From the NCBI GenBank assembly GCA_951406725.2, contig OX597814.1:84010001-84074000 (forward strand): a DNA stretch of 64,000 nt, written 5' to 3'. The stretch comes from Octopus vulgaris (taxonomy: Eukaryota). This document shows positions 1 to 13,989 of this stretch, piece by piece. Under the pieces are notes generated by a model. That model was not told where the DNA came from. It worked only from the letters and a program-made list of their open reading frames with translations, and searched no databases. The translations under genes and the position numbers were made by a program. The first letter of the stretch is position 1; the number at the start of each line of letters is the position of its first letter.

Positions 1-199
1 GCTTGTCTATTTATCTGTCTATCTGTCTGCTATTTAGATATGTTACCCTGTCTATCTACCTATCTATATTTCCAACAACTTACCCCATCTCCCCGACAAC
101 TTACCTACCGACCAATGTATTTATACATCTGTCTGCTCAGTTATTTATCAAAACATAACTACGCGCAAATACATATACACAGAACCACATCATTACACA

Positions 200-360
200 A
201 CCACACACACACACACACACACACATTACATGCCTGTAGACAGATAGATATGTAAGTACATAAATTTACACAGAGAAAGAGAAAGAACAGAGTAAGAGAA
301 GCAGAAATATTGGCATATCACTTTCCCACCGCAACACTCTATATGACATTAATGGTATAC

Positions 361-403
<43 letters not shown>

Positions 404-576
404 ACATACATACACATACCTACACATACATACATACATACATACATACATACATACATACATACATACATACATACATACATACATACATAAGTACGTA
501 CATACACACACATACAGTCACACCTGAATAGATGCATTCACATTACGCACACACTTATACATGTATACACACACAC

Positions 577-635
<59 letters not shown>

Positions 636-738
636 CACACATATATACACACATTTATATGCATACATACATTCATACATACATTTATGTATGTATGTAT
701 GTATGTATGTATGTATGTATGTATGTATGTGTGTGTGT

Positions 739-822
<84 letters not shown>
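200..822. repeat. Compound microsatellites (CA)n, (TA)n, (TACA)n, (TATG)n
   Basis: Seen directly. Similar compound blocks occur at 5270-5610, 14250-14560, 14990-15470, 17330-17670, 21860-22010, 22680-22810, 26330-27190, 33165-33275, 33935-34097, 52270-52860 and 56270-56388. Confidence 0.95.
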
Positions 823-826
<4 letters not shown>

Positions 827-1071
827 ACAAAAAATGTCAGTGGAAAGGTCAGGCGCCGGTATAATAAGCGTGACCCCTAGAAGAACGATAGTTTTGCCGC
901 CGAAATGTCATCTGCTTCCAGTGATCTTAAACTGGTGTCTTCTGTTTTGATTAACTTCCTGATATTGGCTAATAAAAGTCAGGAACGGCTAAGAGCCGAA
1001 CGCAGGAAACAGTTGAGGGAACAGAGGAAATTAGCCTCAAGTGGTACGAATATAACACATAGACGGAGAGT

Positions 1072-1106
<35 letters not shown>

Positions 1107-1499
1107 ACAAAGAAAGGGAGAGAAAGAGGGGAAGGAGGGAGGAGAGAATGATGGAAAGAGGGAAGGAAGGAATGAGTTGGAATAAATGAGTACGACAAAG
1201 TATTATCTTCGTAATAAATTTGACAATAATAAACCTTTAACTTTGATATGACAGTATTATCTCTCTATAGTTGCATCTTCGTTTATAACTGGGCTACATC
1301 CTCGGTTAGGTGGGACAGGGTATATCTGGGATAATAAATCCATGCCTTACATCTATTTATTCTGCCCATTATTTGTGTGCCATAGAGTTAACCTGAATCA
1401 GTAATTGTTGCTTACCTATATTTCTTGATACTGTTCTTAATTGTTTACATCTGACATGGTGCACACTACCGATTTACCTGGTTCATAGGGTATCTATAA

Positions 1500-1900
1500 C
1501 GTTTAACTTTAATCTATATTGTTCACCACTAACATATATTGTTAACCATTAACCTATACTTTTCACCACTAACCTATATTGTTCACTTCATCACTAATCT
1601 ATATTGTTCACCAGTGACCTGTATTTTTCACAGTCATCCTATATTGCTAACATCAACTTATATATTTCTCCATTAGCTTACATTGTTTACTACTAACCTA
1701 TATTGTTCACCTTTCAACTGTATTGTTCACCACTAACTCGTATTGTTTGCCACTAAATTATATTGTTTGTTATTGACCTATTGTTCAATATTGACTTATG
1801 TTGTTTGCCACTTATCGAAACTGTTCACGGCTGATCCATATCATTCACCATTGATTTTATAGTGTTCATCATGACCTATATTTTCCTGTACTGGCCTATG
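1500..1900. repeat. Degenerate ~20-bp minisatellite (ACCTATATTGTTCACCACTA)
   Basis: About 18-20 imperfect units are visible. Confidence 0.85.
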
Positions 1901-2447
1901 TTGGTTTCTGTTTTAAGCTGAAATACTTCTTGACCCTGAAGAGGAAGGATAGTGTTTGTGATACAGTACTAGCTATGCTAAGTATGTGCTTTCAACAGGA
2001 GAGATCTTTGGTTAAAAGGGGACACCAGTATTTGGAGCGGTGAGGGCTTTATTCGAGGGCCACTCGTGTTTAGTGTGGCTGTTTTCTTGATATAAATAGT
2101 GCTCGGCTTACCAAAGATCTATAATCACAGATTTTTAAAATTTTAATACTGATGTATAATGTTCACCATTGGCCTACATAGTTGAAAGCGGCCATTATCA
2201 TTGTGTGTCTAATATGGAATCCTTAAGCTAAAATCTTTGAAACCGAACCGATGTAACTGTTACATCACTTGATCTCTTCGGATACTTTCTCTGAACGAGA
2301 TTTGAATACCTCGTAAACCATACAACTGCATAACAATCTAGTTATATTATATTGCTTAATCAGGGAGTCCTAATTATACACATGAACTTCGCAGATTCTC
2401 CAAAGTTGGTGCCATTCATGCAGCTTATGTTCACCTTGATTATTTAA

Positions 2448-2657
2448 CCCTTTAAGGCCGGGTATAAATAGCAAGTCTTTTCATGCGGAACGCAAGCAAG
2501 GAAAAAAAATACATGATAATCAATCAAATCGCTTATAACGCAAATGTGGCTTATACACCACACCCGTCTTCAGAATTTAGCAGGTGTCAATAAGCCACAC
2601 CCGTCTTCTGCGGAAGAAAGCATTTTGTGTCAATAAGCCATACCTGGCCTTAAAGGG
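2448..2657. mobile_element. piggyBac-type MITE
   Basis: TTAA on both sides. 18-bp TIRs CCCTTTAAGGCC(G/A)GGTAT. Internal direct repeats TGTCAATAAGCCA and CACACCCGTCTTC. Confidence 0.85.
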
Positions 2658-3379
2658 TTAAAAGTTGATGTCAGCAGGTACGTTAGGACTCTCGCTACGA
2701 CCTGCTTGATGAGTATCTGTGTTTCATTGCACCACACTAGACGGCGCGGTTGCTATCTATGCGCTTTTTTGAAGATTGGGTCAAACACAGGATATTTGTA
2801 CCAGTTAGAAAGAAGCCCTTAAGCTTAGCAGGTTTGTAGCAAAGGTGGAAAATGTAGACATAATATTTGTTCCATTTGCCTCGTTTCTTTGATCAGATTC
2901 CACTAAAATGATTCTTTTATTTCTTAGGAGGTGGGCAGTAGAATTTCTAGGGTAACCAGTGTTGCGTGGAGCACAGGAATGTAGATGCTTGTAGAATACA
3001 GTTCCAACCAGTGGCGTAGCTAGGGTTTGTGTTGCATGGGGACTGTCTTCGTACATGATACATTTATTTCAAAAGTGGTATTCCTAAAAAACTTTCTTTC
3101 TTTTTTTTTTTTTATTAAGGTACTGAAATTTAAATCCAAGAAAGGTTTTCGGATATAAACACACACAGGAATTTGAAACTCAGCTATTAATAATAATCAA
3201 GGTGGTGTGTATTGCCTGTTTTCTCGTTTGCTTTGCATCAACGTAGTGCCTTAGAATAACCTGGTACAAAGTCACTGGTACAAAAGAAAAGTTTATTTTA
3301 CTCTGTGATATTACTACCGCTGTGATCTCTAACCACACAAATATACCTTACTATAATACTGAAAATATATAGATGTTAA

Positions 3380-3690
3380 TCCGCCGAAGTCGACTTTGCC
3401 TTTCATCCTTTCGAGGTCGATAAATCAAGTACCAGTTACGCACCGGGGTCGATGTAATCGATTTAATCCGTTTGTCTGTCCTTGTTTGTCCCCTGTGTGT
3501 TTGGCCCCTTGTGGGTAGTAAAGAAATATATATAGAAGTTAATCCGCCGAAGTCGACTTTGCCTTTCATCATTTCGGGGTCGATTAAATAAGTACCAGTT
3601 GCGTACTGTGGTCGATCTAATCGACTGCACCCCACCACCAAAAAAAAAAGAAGAAAAAAATTCGGGCCTTGTGCCTAGAGTAGAAAAGAA
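3380..3690 (+). mobile_element. SINE family A, two tandem headless copies
   Basis: CCGCCGAAGTCGACTTTGCCTTTCATC body at about 3380 and 3544. Confidence 0.8.
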
Positions 3691-4341
3691 TATATTGAAG
3701 TTAATTCAAGGAGCTATTTGTTAGTAAACAATGACAACTGCAGCAACGTTCGTGATACACACAAATTCAAAGCGATGACAAGAACATAAAAGACGACTTT
3801 TGTATATTGTTTAGGAAATAAAACAAAAACTTCCTTTATATTCTTTTATGAGTTACTGCTCCACAAGTTTGCTGCAGACAATTTTCCCGGAGAGACGTGA
3901 CACATAACACCCAGTTATTTGGAATGTTCTGAGATATTTATGTCGATGCTTTAAAAATATGTATGAAAAGCTAACCAATTAATGACAGTTGTTGAGTTTA
4001 CTGCTGAAGCTATCTGCCATCTAGAAGTGTAACCGAAATGCTATTTTTGTCATTATTGTTAAAACACAGGTTAGTCATGTGATCAAATGTTTTCCAGTCA
4101 TGGCCATTCCATCGTTTTTATTTTTCAGTCCCACTGCGCGGCACCTTGGGCAAGTTTTTTTCTACTATACGTCCGGAACAAACAATACCTTATTAGAGGG
4201 GAAATTGTGTGGAAGCCGTCGTGTGTGTATGCATGTATGTATACGCACACACACATATAACGTACACATATATGTATGTATTTATGTATATCTGTCTCTC
4301 TCTTTCTCTCTCTTATATACACACACACACATATATATATA

Positions 4342-4533
4342 TATATACGAGAAGAAAATGGATGTAATAACAAGGGGAAACTAGTCGTTTTTGCTGGTAA
4401 GCCTTTAATTTAATTAGATAACAAAGAAGAAGAAAGCAATGCTTCCTTCTTTGTTATCTAATTAAATTGAAGGCTTACCAGCGAAAGCGACTAGTTTCCC
4501 CTTGTTATTACATCCATTTTCTTCTCGTATATA
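4342..4533. repeat. ~90-bp-arm inverted repeat (hairpin) next to (TA)n; probable inverted PLE end
   Basis: TATACGAGAAGAAAATGGATG...AACAAAGAAG versus CTTCTTTGTT...CATCCATTTTCTTCTCGTATA, with about 3 mismatches. Confidence 0.85.
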
Positions 4534-4805
4534 ACCTAAGCTACGGTCTACCAACCGAATCACCTGCTACCGTACAACTTTACAAAAGACTATACCTACC
4601 CAGGTAATAACCAGGAGCGACTTTGGATTTAATTATCCTTTACAGATATTAAACTCCTCTGATACCTACACAATATATATATATATTCGTATATATATGA
4701 CTACCTAGTTCTATAACAAATACAATGTGTTTATTGTTTTTATTTCTCACGGAAATACAAGAATCTTGTTAAGTGATTCTCTAATCAAGATTTCTGTAAG
4801 TAAGA

Positions 4806-4865
4806 TGAAGTTAATGCTTCGATGATAAGGTCCACAAGGACCGAAACATGTTAAGAGTAGCTTCA
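4806..4865 (+). ncRNA. Hammerhead-like scaffold with altered core
   Basis: UGAAGUUA..CUU-[CGAUGAUAA]-GGUCC(ACAA)GGACC-GAAA-CAUG-UU-AAG..UAGCUUCA. The helices pair but the core is not CUGANGA. Confidence 0.55.
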
Positions 4866-5353
4866 CGTATTTCCTGAAACGAATAAAAACATATTAGCAA
4901 TTCAGATATCTTTTCTTCTCTTTGGAACATTAGTACTTCCAATATTTTGTTCATGTTCTGCATTGTGTGTTTACCGCGACATAGATATATGTCATAGAGC
5001 AAAGAATTGGACTGATATATAATGGATTCCCTCGCCATGAACGACAAATGAGGGTTCTGTAAATTAAAGCAATAATCATGTTCTATAGACAAGATTGTAT
5101 CTTTTGAGGCCTGCTGGTGTCTTGCAAACTTTTCGGCAAAGGGAACAAATGGAGGCAAAGGGAACAAGGGGAGGACTCAGTTTGCTCGAGTGCTTGTGGA
5201 TAATTTATTATGTGTTTTCTTGAGTGGAGAGTAAGGCCTGGTTTGCTTTGTACAACAAAACCACAATGATGTGTGTATGTATACATACATAAACATATAT
5301 ATCACACAAATATGCATACACATATTTATGCATATGTATATACATACATACAA

Positions 5354-5388
<35 letters not shown>

Positions 5389-5839
5389 ATGCATATATGA
5401 TATATATGTACGTACATGCACACATACATACGTACATAATACACACATACATATATACATACATACGTACTTGCGTTTATATATTTATATGTATGTATGT
5501 ACGTACGTATGTATGTATGTATGTATGTATGTATGTATGTATGTATGTATGTATTTATGTATGTATGTATGTATGTATGTATGTATGTATGTATGTATAT
5601 ATGTATGTATGATTTCTCAATTGGAAACAGGTGAAAGAATTCCTACACAGGTGGTAGGGTAAAAAATAACAAAAACCATTTATGGCCGCCATTCAGTCAT
5701 TGAGGACAATCTAGATTGTCAGAGTGTACATGGCATATGTCAGAAATATTCTTTGCCAAATTCTAAAGCCGATGATTGGGATGTGTGGTAATATTGCTTT
5801 GCTTTTGCACCTAAATGGCGAATACAATGTATATATCGT

Positions 5840-6095
5840 TATACCGTAATCGTCATCATCATCATCATCGTCATTGTCGTTGTCATCATCATCATCATCA
5901 TTAATGTCGTCGTTGTTGTTGACATTGTTGTCGTTATCGTCGTCTTCGTCGTTGTGATCGTTATCATCATCGTCGTCGTCATTATCATCATCATCATCAT
6001 CGTCGTCGTCATCATCAGCAGCAGTATTGTTGTCGTCATCATCATTATCATCGTCATCTTTATTGTTAACATCGTCATTGTTATCCTCGTCGTCG

Positions 6096-6127
<32 letters not shown>

Positions 6128-6454
6128 GTCAACATCATCATCATCATCATCGTCATCGTCGTCGTCGTCATCGTTACTATCATCATCATCATCGGCAGCA
6201 ATAACAGCAATTAAAGATACCGATAATTAAATGCGGCGCACTAACTACATCTTGACCATCGTCAAAATCAGCCGTAAATAATAAACGGAATAAATAGCAT
6301 CAAACACAGACTTTTCGCTCCACGGCTCACGCCCCCCCCCCCACCACCACTAACACTGCCACAATCACTACTACTACCACCACCACTACCACCACCATCA
6401 CCTTCATATTAACAACAATAACAACAACAACAACTACTACTCCTCCTACTACTA

Positions 6455-6493
<39 letters not shown>

Positions 6494-6495
6494 GA
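5840..6495. repeat. Trinucleotide repeat field (CAT/CGT)n, (CAC)n, (CAA)n, (CTA)n
   Basis: Seen directly. Confidence 0.95.
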
Positions 6496-6760
6496 GTTTA
6501 TAACAATCAAAGAAATGCACAAAAATTAGAACCTTTCCACCAGAATGACAAGTTTAGGTGCAGCTGTTCACAGGATAATAATATCGGCAATAACATTTCC
6601 TGGAAGTAAACCTGTTGATTTATACACATACTTTATGGCACACACACGCGCACACACACATATATATATTATACACATACATATATGTATGTATATATAC
6701 ATAAGGGCTTGGTCAGAAGAGGAAGTTTTCCGCCTATATGCATGTGTGTGTGTGTTTGCG

Positions 6761-6834
<74 letters not shown>

Positions 6835-7064
6835 AATGATATACATGTGTACACATTCATTTATCTCACACAGAAACGCACAAATCAGTGAATGGATTAG
6901 CCATGAGGTGTGAAATAATCTAACGATCATTCTCTTTAAACAGTCTGCATTACTCATGCCAGCTCTCACCGGCCTTTCATCCTTCCCACCAGCATCCGCT
7001 TTTATTTATCCCATTTTTCATTCACAATTTTCCAACCACCGCGCACCTTTATACATTCTTTCCG

Positions 7065-7688
<624 letters not shown>

Positions 7689-8827
7689 GAGGAAAACAGA
7701 AAGTGTTGACTAGGTGGAGGTCTAAGAGAGATTTAAGAGAAAAGGTAAATGAGTAAAGGTAAAAATGATGATAAACGGGGGGAAGAAAAATGAGAGAAAG
7801 AAAGAGGGACGAAAGTGTGGAAAGAGAGAGAGAGAGAGGAGGAGAAAACTGACAGAAGTTCAGCAAGAAGGGTGAAAATGAAATTGAAGAGGAAAAGAGA
7901 GAGAAAGCGAGAGGGAAACTCAATAAATGTTATTTTGTAGCAAAATAAAATATAAAAAGAAAATAAAAGGCAATGAATTTGTGGTTTTTACTATTGCTCG
8001 TGGTATACTCTTAAATATTGTGGTCGTTGCTGTCACTGTGGTTGATGTCTCTTTTGTTGTTGTAGCTGTTATTGATGATGCTGTTCTCGCCAACTCCAGA
8101 TCAGTACTGATCTCGCTGACTTTTGATTAGAGACGCTCCAGCAATGGCAACATTAAGGAAAGTATATTTTCCTTATTTACAACATTAGGGTATGACCTGA
8201 GGAAGAATTATCTGCTATTTGTTGTAGGTTGAGCGACCAGATAGAGGCTCCTTCGTTTTCTTCGCCTCCGTGACTGCCATAGAAATAAGTGGAAATAAAG
8301 ACCCATTCTTAAAAAAAGACGAATTAGTAAAATTCTGTAGAGTATTAATTACTTTTGTATTTATTTAAAGAATTTTCTCGAAGGTTATAGTCTTGATTGA
8401 TGCGTCACACTGATATCAGAACTTAGTAGGTATCTTTAACTTATCGGAATTATATTAACCTCATTAACTGAGGTCTCATGTAATTGCTTAGACCCTGGTC
8501 GATCCTGATCTAGTATATTTATGAGCAAACATGTTGCAGCTTCGAAGTTCTCATTCTTCCATGCACAATGCAGCCAGGACCAAACATTCTTCTAGTTTTT
8601 TTTTAAAGAAGTAGTGTTATTTGATGGAGATTTAGCAAGACATTCTAAATCAAAACACTAGGGAACTATTAAAAGAGATCGCTCTCTACAAAGGAACAGT
8701 CAAAAACTCAGAACCTTTTTGAGACTTTTTGTTTTTTGGTTGAAGGCGTGCATCCTATATGTCATAAAATATGATAATATATTATAAAATTAATCATATT
8801 AACAATATGATAAGCAATGGTGAAAGT

Positions 8828-9035
8828 TACGGAGATGTACTTGCATAGCAAGTGACCTGATCTGAGATCGTGTGCTGGAACGAAAACAATTGCAGCATGG
8901 AAGGTGTTTATAAGCCATTTAAGAAACACCCAAAAACCGTTAGATTCACTTCAATGTTTAAATTTAATTTGTCAAAATATTTTCGTCGGTTTGAGACCGC
9001 GACCTGTTCACTGACAAAACTTCGTGCTGCATCAC
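8828..9035 (-). mobile_element. 208-bp non-autonomous insertion with 9-bp TSD (GGTGAAAGT) carrying a hammerhead motif
   Basis: GGTGAAAGT occurs at 8819-8827 and 9036-9044. A paralogous empty site lies at about 9990-10156. Confidence 0.8.
8968..9018 (-). ncRNA. Minimal type I hammerhead ribozyme, G3-C8 core variant
   Basis: UUUGUCA-GUGAACA-G-GUCG...CGAC-GAAA-AUAU-UU-UGACAAA: perfect 7-bp helix I and palindromic AAUAUU helix III. Confidence 0.75.
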
Positions 9036-11384
9036 GGTGAAAGTATTTTACTTCTATTTAATAGTATATATCTAGCTAATAATTTCGACAGCTGAATGAC
9101 TTACAGTAGCTTCAACTCAGTTCCTCTACCTTCTAGAAATAGCAGGACTGTACTCACGATATTCTCAGAGATTGGTCATATTATTGCTCAGGTTGAATAA
9201 CTGTAAATTGATGACAGCGAGGAGAATCTGGGCTGGAGGGTTGACTTCTTGGGCATGGTGACCGGTATTGAACCAATAGCGTAGCTAGAGGTAAGGTGGG
9301 CGGTCCAACTCGGATGACGCTTTTATGGGGGCAATACTTTTGGGTCTGCATAACTTGGAGCCTAGGAGGAAGGCAAACTCAAGTGCTGCCCCAGCGGCAC
9401 ATATTAAATCTACCCTACTGTGTGAAGCCTGAGAGAGGAAGAATAGAAGAGGTAACAAGAATAGATAGTTGTTATAGGGTAAAGTAGCATGCAATTAGCT
9501 AGCTCTGATGTTCAAAGGCTGTTGCAGAAATGATAGGAAAGGCCTTGTGACAGGACAGCGTCTACAGGCCAGAGGTTTCTGTGTGTTGGTAAGTGAGTGG
9601 GAGGCATTGCTAATCAACTTGGATGGTTTTCTTAAAGAAAAAGTGACAAGAAACTATGGAGTAACAAAGCTGAAATGCTGAAGTGCAAATCATGTCTGGG
9701 GAATCTTACGGAGGAAAACAGTTCACCTAGCAAATTTGGGACGAAATAGATAAAATCTGGTCAGGTTTTTCAATAGCTAAATGAAATGCTAAATTAGAAT
9801 GGACAGTTTGTTGACACAAAAGACGCAGTCTAATTTTTGTAGAGCATATTCAAGGAAAAGCTTTCAGTGTATTTATGTATGTAATATAGGCAAACTACGC
9901 ATGACAGACCCGAGATAATATTTTAAAGCTTTTTTTTATTTATTGAAAAAAAAAACCGCGTCATATGTGTCATCAAATACGCAAATATAAAATTAAATAT
10001 ATTAACAATTATGATAAGCAACGCTCAATGTATTTTACTTCTATTTAATGGGATACATTTAGCTAATAATTTCGACAGCTAAATGACTCCCATTACCCTC
10101 TACTCAGTTCCTTTACCTTCTTGAAATAGCAGCAATATCTACTCTAAGATACTCCAAATAGTCTTTAAAAAAACAAGGAACATTAGATAAAATAGTCCCG
10201 GATTACACTGTCTCAAAACGCATGTGATTCCGACCCAATGACGTCATTTATAGCCCAATGTGTTTTGACACATGTTGTCTAAGAGGAGCGATTTCTCCCA
10301 GGACTATTTCCGCAGCGAAGAGCCCTCTCATACTTGAGTATATTGAATGTACTAGATATCACTGTACATGTATATATAATGGTTTAGAAATTCTTTTTCC
10401 TAATGTTTTCTTTCCTAAGAACGTTTATACTTTTGTAAAGTTTTCATGCGAAGTCCGTCAGTCATTTTTTGCTTGATCTCTAGTATGTCATAAAATACAT
10501 CGTCGCATGATCTGCTAGGAAAAACTGACAAATACACATTAAATTATGCTCTGTCTGTTTAAAAATAGACGACGTATTGGATAATGTGGTTCTAGATATA
10601 TAATTTTCGACAAAAGGATAGGATGGTCATTACTGAAACATCTTTGATCAGAGATATATCCGATCAACGTTTTTCTGGGACTAAACAACAGCAGCAATAA
10701 AAACAATATCATGGTAGTGTAACTTAAGTATTCTGTGATTATCAGCTTACATGCAACGTAACTTGCAGCAGAAAACACGCAACACAATTTACATGACATA
10801 GTTGAGGCTTAATTATTGATATAGCAATGCCAAATACAAAATTAATTACTCTCACTTAGCTGATTTTAAATGTAGGTGTCATGTAAATCTGTCGTGTAAT
10901 TAGTAAACCAGAGTGATTGATACACACGGCGTGTGTAAAGATGTTAGCAAGTTTAATTTTGACTCAAACCGCACCAGCACTTTCGCTAGCAACAGAACAC
11001 CGGTACACACGTCTGTTATCATTTGATAATAGTCACCATCACAACCATTATCATCATCTCCTTCACCGCTGTAAGCATCATCATCGTCGCTATCATCACT
11101 CTCTCGCCAACACAATTACCAACACACCAACACCACTTACATCATTTTATACTCTTCATCTCCATTGCTTCTTTTTCTCCCTTCTCTTCTTCATGTTTTT
11201 CTTCAGTTTCCTTTTATTTCCGCAGTTTGCTACTTTAAAAGAGCAGAAGCTGTTATAATAGAGGTGTAAAAGAGACAACAAAGAAAATGCATAAATGAAC
11301 GTGTATTGGTAATGCATTGACTTTTTGTTGTTTTTTTACGGATGCAATTTAAGGAATTTATACCTCCACAATCAATTCAGCTTG

Positions 11385-11998
11385 CGGGTAGAGGGATTAG
11401 TCGATTACATCGACCCCCGAAATGACTGATACTTTATTTTATCGGGAATTTGAAGGACAAGAACGTCAGCAACAGTAAAAAAAAAAAAACGATAACAGTA
11501 ACAGCAACAACAATAATACCTTTTCTACTAAAGGTGCAAGGCCTGGAGTTTGGAGGGAGGGGAACAGTCGATTACATCGACCCCAGTACTCAATTAATGC
11601 TTTATTTTTTCAACCTCAAAGGGACGAAAGGCAAAGTTGACTTCTGCGTGATGAGAACTCAGAACAAGATATTGTCCCTTACGTTTTAACGATTTTGCCA
11701 AAATAAAGAAGTAGCAAGTCCTTAAAATCTACAGTTTCATAGCCTGCCTTCCTAAAGTTTACAAATACTTACTTGAATAATGTTTTTTCTGATATAGTAA
11801 CAGCGCCTGAAATTTTGGGAGAAGTTGACTAGTCGATTATATTACTCTTAGTGCTCAACTAGTACTTATTTTATCTATGCCGAGAGGATGAAAAGCAAAG
11901 CTGACCGCGGCGGAATTTGAGAGTAGAACGTAAAGACGAACGAAATGTCGCTAAGCATTTCGTCTGGAGTGCTAACGATTCTGCCAGCTCGCCACCTT
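11385..11998 (-). mobile_element. SINE family A cluster (degenerate copies)
   Basis: GTCGATTACATCGACCCC and GAAAGGCAAAG-type blocks. Confidence 0.7.
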
Positions 11999-12099
11999 TA
12001 CTTGCAATAATATTGCAGAGACTGAACAAACACCTGGGAGGTAGGAAAAAACCCTGTTTTTCAGAAAAGCAGAAAAATTGTTATAAAAAGTTAAATGGT

Positions 12100-12710
12100 T
12101 ATGAAAATTAATTACTGATCAACCAAACTATAAAGAAAATTGTTGTAAAAGAAAGAAAGGTCTGAGCATGACATAAATTGACTACCAGTAGGCTTTTGAC
12201 AGTACTCCACGTGTACATCTTGGAAACAGTTGCCTTGGGCAAGTTAGCACTATTAATAAGCAGATGTATTAAATATGTGAGGAGTAAATGGGAAGCAATT
12301 CTGCAGTTCCAGACAAAAAGAAGGAATTATAAAATTAAACATTCCTCATTAGAAGAGGAACACCCCAAGGGAAGTGCTATCCAGTTCTTTCCTACTTGGC
12401 GTTAATGTCTTCAACCAACATATTAAACTGTATTAGACTCGAATAAATTCCGTGGCAGGACAAACAACTATCGTTTGTGTATGGGCGACTTAAAGCTGTA
12501 CGCTGAAAATAATAAAGAACTAGAAACACACCTGCAGAAAATACACGAGTTACTTAAGAAATTCATTTGATGCAGATCAAAAAAAAAAAAAAAAACTGAA
12601 ACCGAGATAAATTTGAAAAGAGGAAATTAATTAAAAATACAAATATCATGCTTGATAAAGAAACGGAAACAGGAAAATTACACCAGACTAACAAATACTA
12701 ATCACCTAGC
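12100..12710 (+). pseudogene. Degenerate Dong/R4-clade LINE reverse transcriptase fragment
   Basis: Broken frames give LSMT*IDYQ*AFDSTP and MGDLKLYAENNKEL (compare IDYxKAFDSVPH and YMDDLKLYA). Confidence 0.7.
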
Positions 12711-12732
12711 GAGACAGAAACTATAAAATATT

Positions 12733-13500
12733 CTTTTCTACTCCAGGCACAAGGCCCGACATTTTGGGGAGTGGGTAGTCGATCAGATCGACCTCATTTC
12801 ACAACTGGTACTCAATTAATCGATTTCGAAAGGATGAAAGGCAAAGTCGACCTCGGCAGAATTTGAACTCAGAACGTAAAGACAAGCGAAATACCGCTAA
12901 GCATTTCGCCCGGCGTGCTAAAGTTTCTGCCAGCTCGCCGCCTACAGAAACCATAAAATATTAAAAGCATTCACGCTCTGACGATTCTGCCAACCCACCG
13001 CCTCAAGCAAGAACAGTAGTAACTCTAGTCGCAGCAGCAGTTACAACTACTACAACAATAATAACAACCCTTTCTACGATAGGCACTAAGTCTGAAATTT
13101 TAGGGGAGTGAGCTAGTCGATTACATTGACTGGTACTTATTTTATCGACACCGAGAGGATAAAAAGCAAAGTCAAGCTCGGTGGAATTTGAGCTCAGAAT
13201 GTTAAGGCGGATGACATGCCGCTAAACATATTGTCCGATGCACTAACCAGCCAGCTCACCTCATTAATAATAATAATAATAATAATAATGACGACGACGG
13301 CGACGACGATGATGATGATGGTGATGATGATGATTATAATAATAATAATAATAATAATAATAATTTTTAACATAGACAGGGAACCAGAAATTTAAGGGGT
13401 AGAGAACAGTGAAATTGATCTCAATATGTGACTGGCATTTTATTTAATTGATTCTGGATGAATGAAGAGCAAGTTTGACTTCAATGGAATTTGAATTCTG
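12733..13500 (-). mobile_element. SINE family A copies (12733-12943 near full length, 13070-13262, 13370-13500)
   Basis: Matches the family body and head in reverse orientation. Confidence 0.75.
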
Positions 13501-13656
13501 AACGATGCTGAGGTCATAAATATCTTTCATCTATTCGAGTTCGATTATAAAGGAATTATTAGTCAAGTACTAAGGCCAATACAATTAACCATTACCTTAC
13601 CTTCACAAATTTTTTTGCCATGTGTCTGTGCCAAACATTATTATAATTATTCCTTT

Positions 13657-13870
13657 GGGGTGGAGAGCTGGCAGAATTACTTGCACGCCGAACAGAATGC
13701 TTAGCGACATTTCGTCTCTCTTGATGTTGTGAGTTCAAATTTCTTCGAGGTCGACTTTGCCTTTCGTCCTTTCGGGGTCGATAAAATAGGTACCAATTAA
13801 GCATTGGGGGTGATGTAATCGATTCACACCATCCCCTGATCTTGATGGCCTTGTACCACAAGTTTCAAAT
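13657..13870 (+). mobile_element. SINE family A
   Basis: GGTGGAGAGCTGGCAGAA head plus family body. Confidence 0.75.
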
Positions 13871-13891
13871 CATTATTGTGATTATTCCCAT

Positions 13892-13989
13892 GAAGAAGAA
13901 GAAGAAGAAGAAGAAGAAGAAGAAGAAGAAGAAGAAGAAGAAGAAGAAGAAGAAGAAGAAGAAGAAGAAGAAGAAGAAGAAGAAGAAGA
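13892..13989. repeat. (GAA)n microsatellite
   Basis: Seen directly; about 32 units. Confidence 0.95.

Noticed and set aside
1500-1900. CRISPR-like array
   Set aside because: The units are contiguous and degenerate with no unique spacers, there are no cas genes, and the context is eukaryotic.
1931-2260. Hammerhead with a 300-nt helix II (CUGAAGA at 1936, GAAAC at about 2239)
   Set aside because: No UH site or helix I partner follows the GAAA.
2710-3060. UUGAUGA plus long stem, and an adjacent minus ORF faintly like a PLE C-terminus
   Set aside because: GAAA is absent and the peptide resemblance (KHLHSC) is too weak to call.
6533-6611. Possible minus-strand host exon (CAG| ... AAG|GTTCTA)
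   Set aside because: The donor is weak, there is no recognisable peptide and no supporting neighbouring exons.
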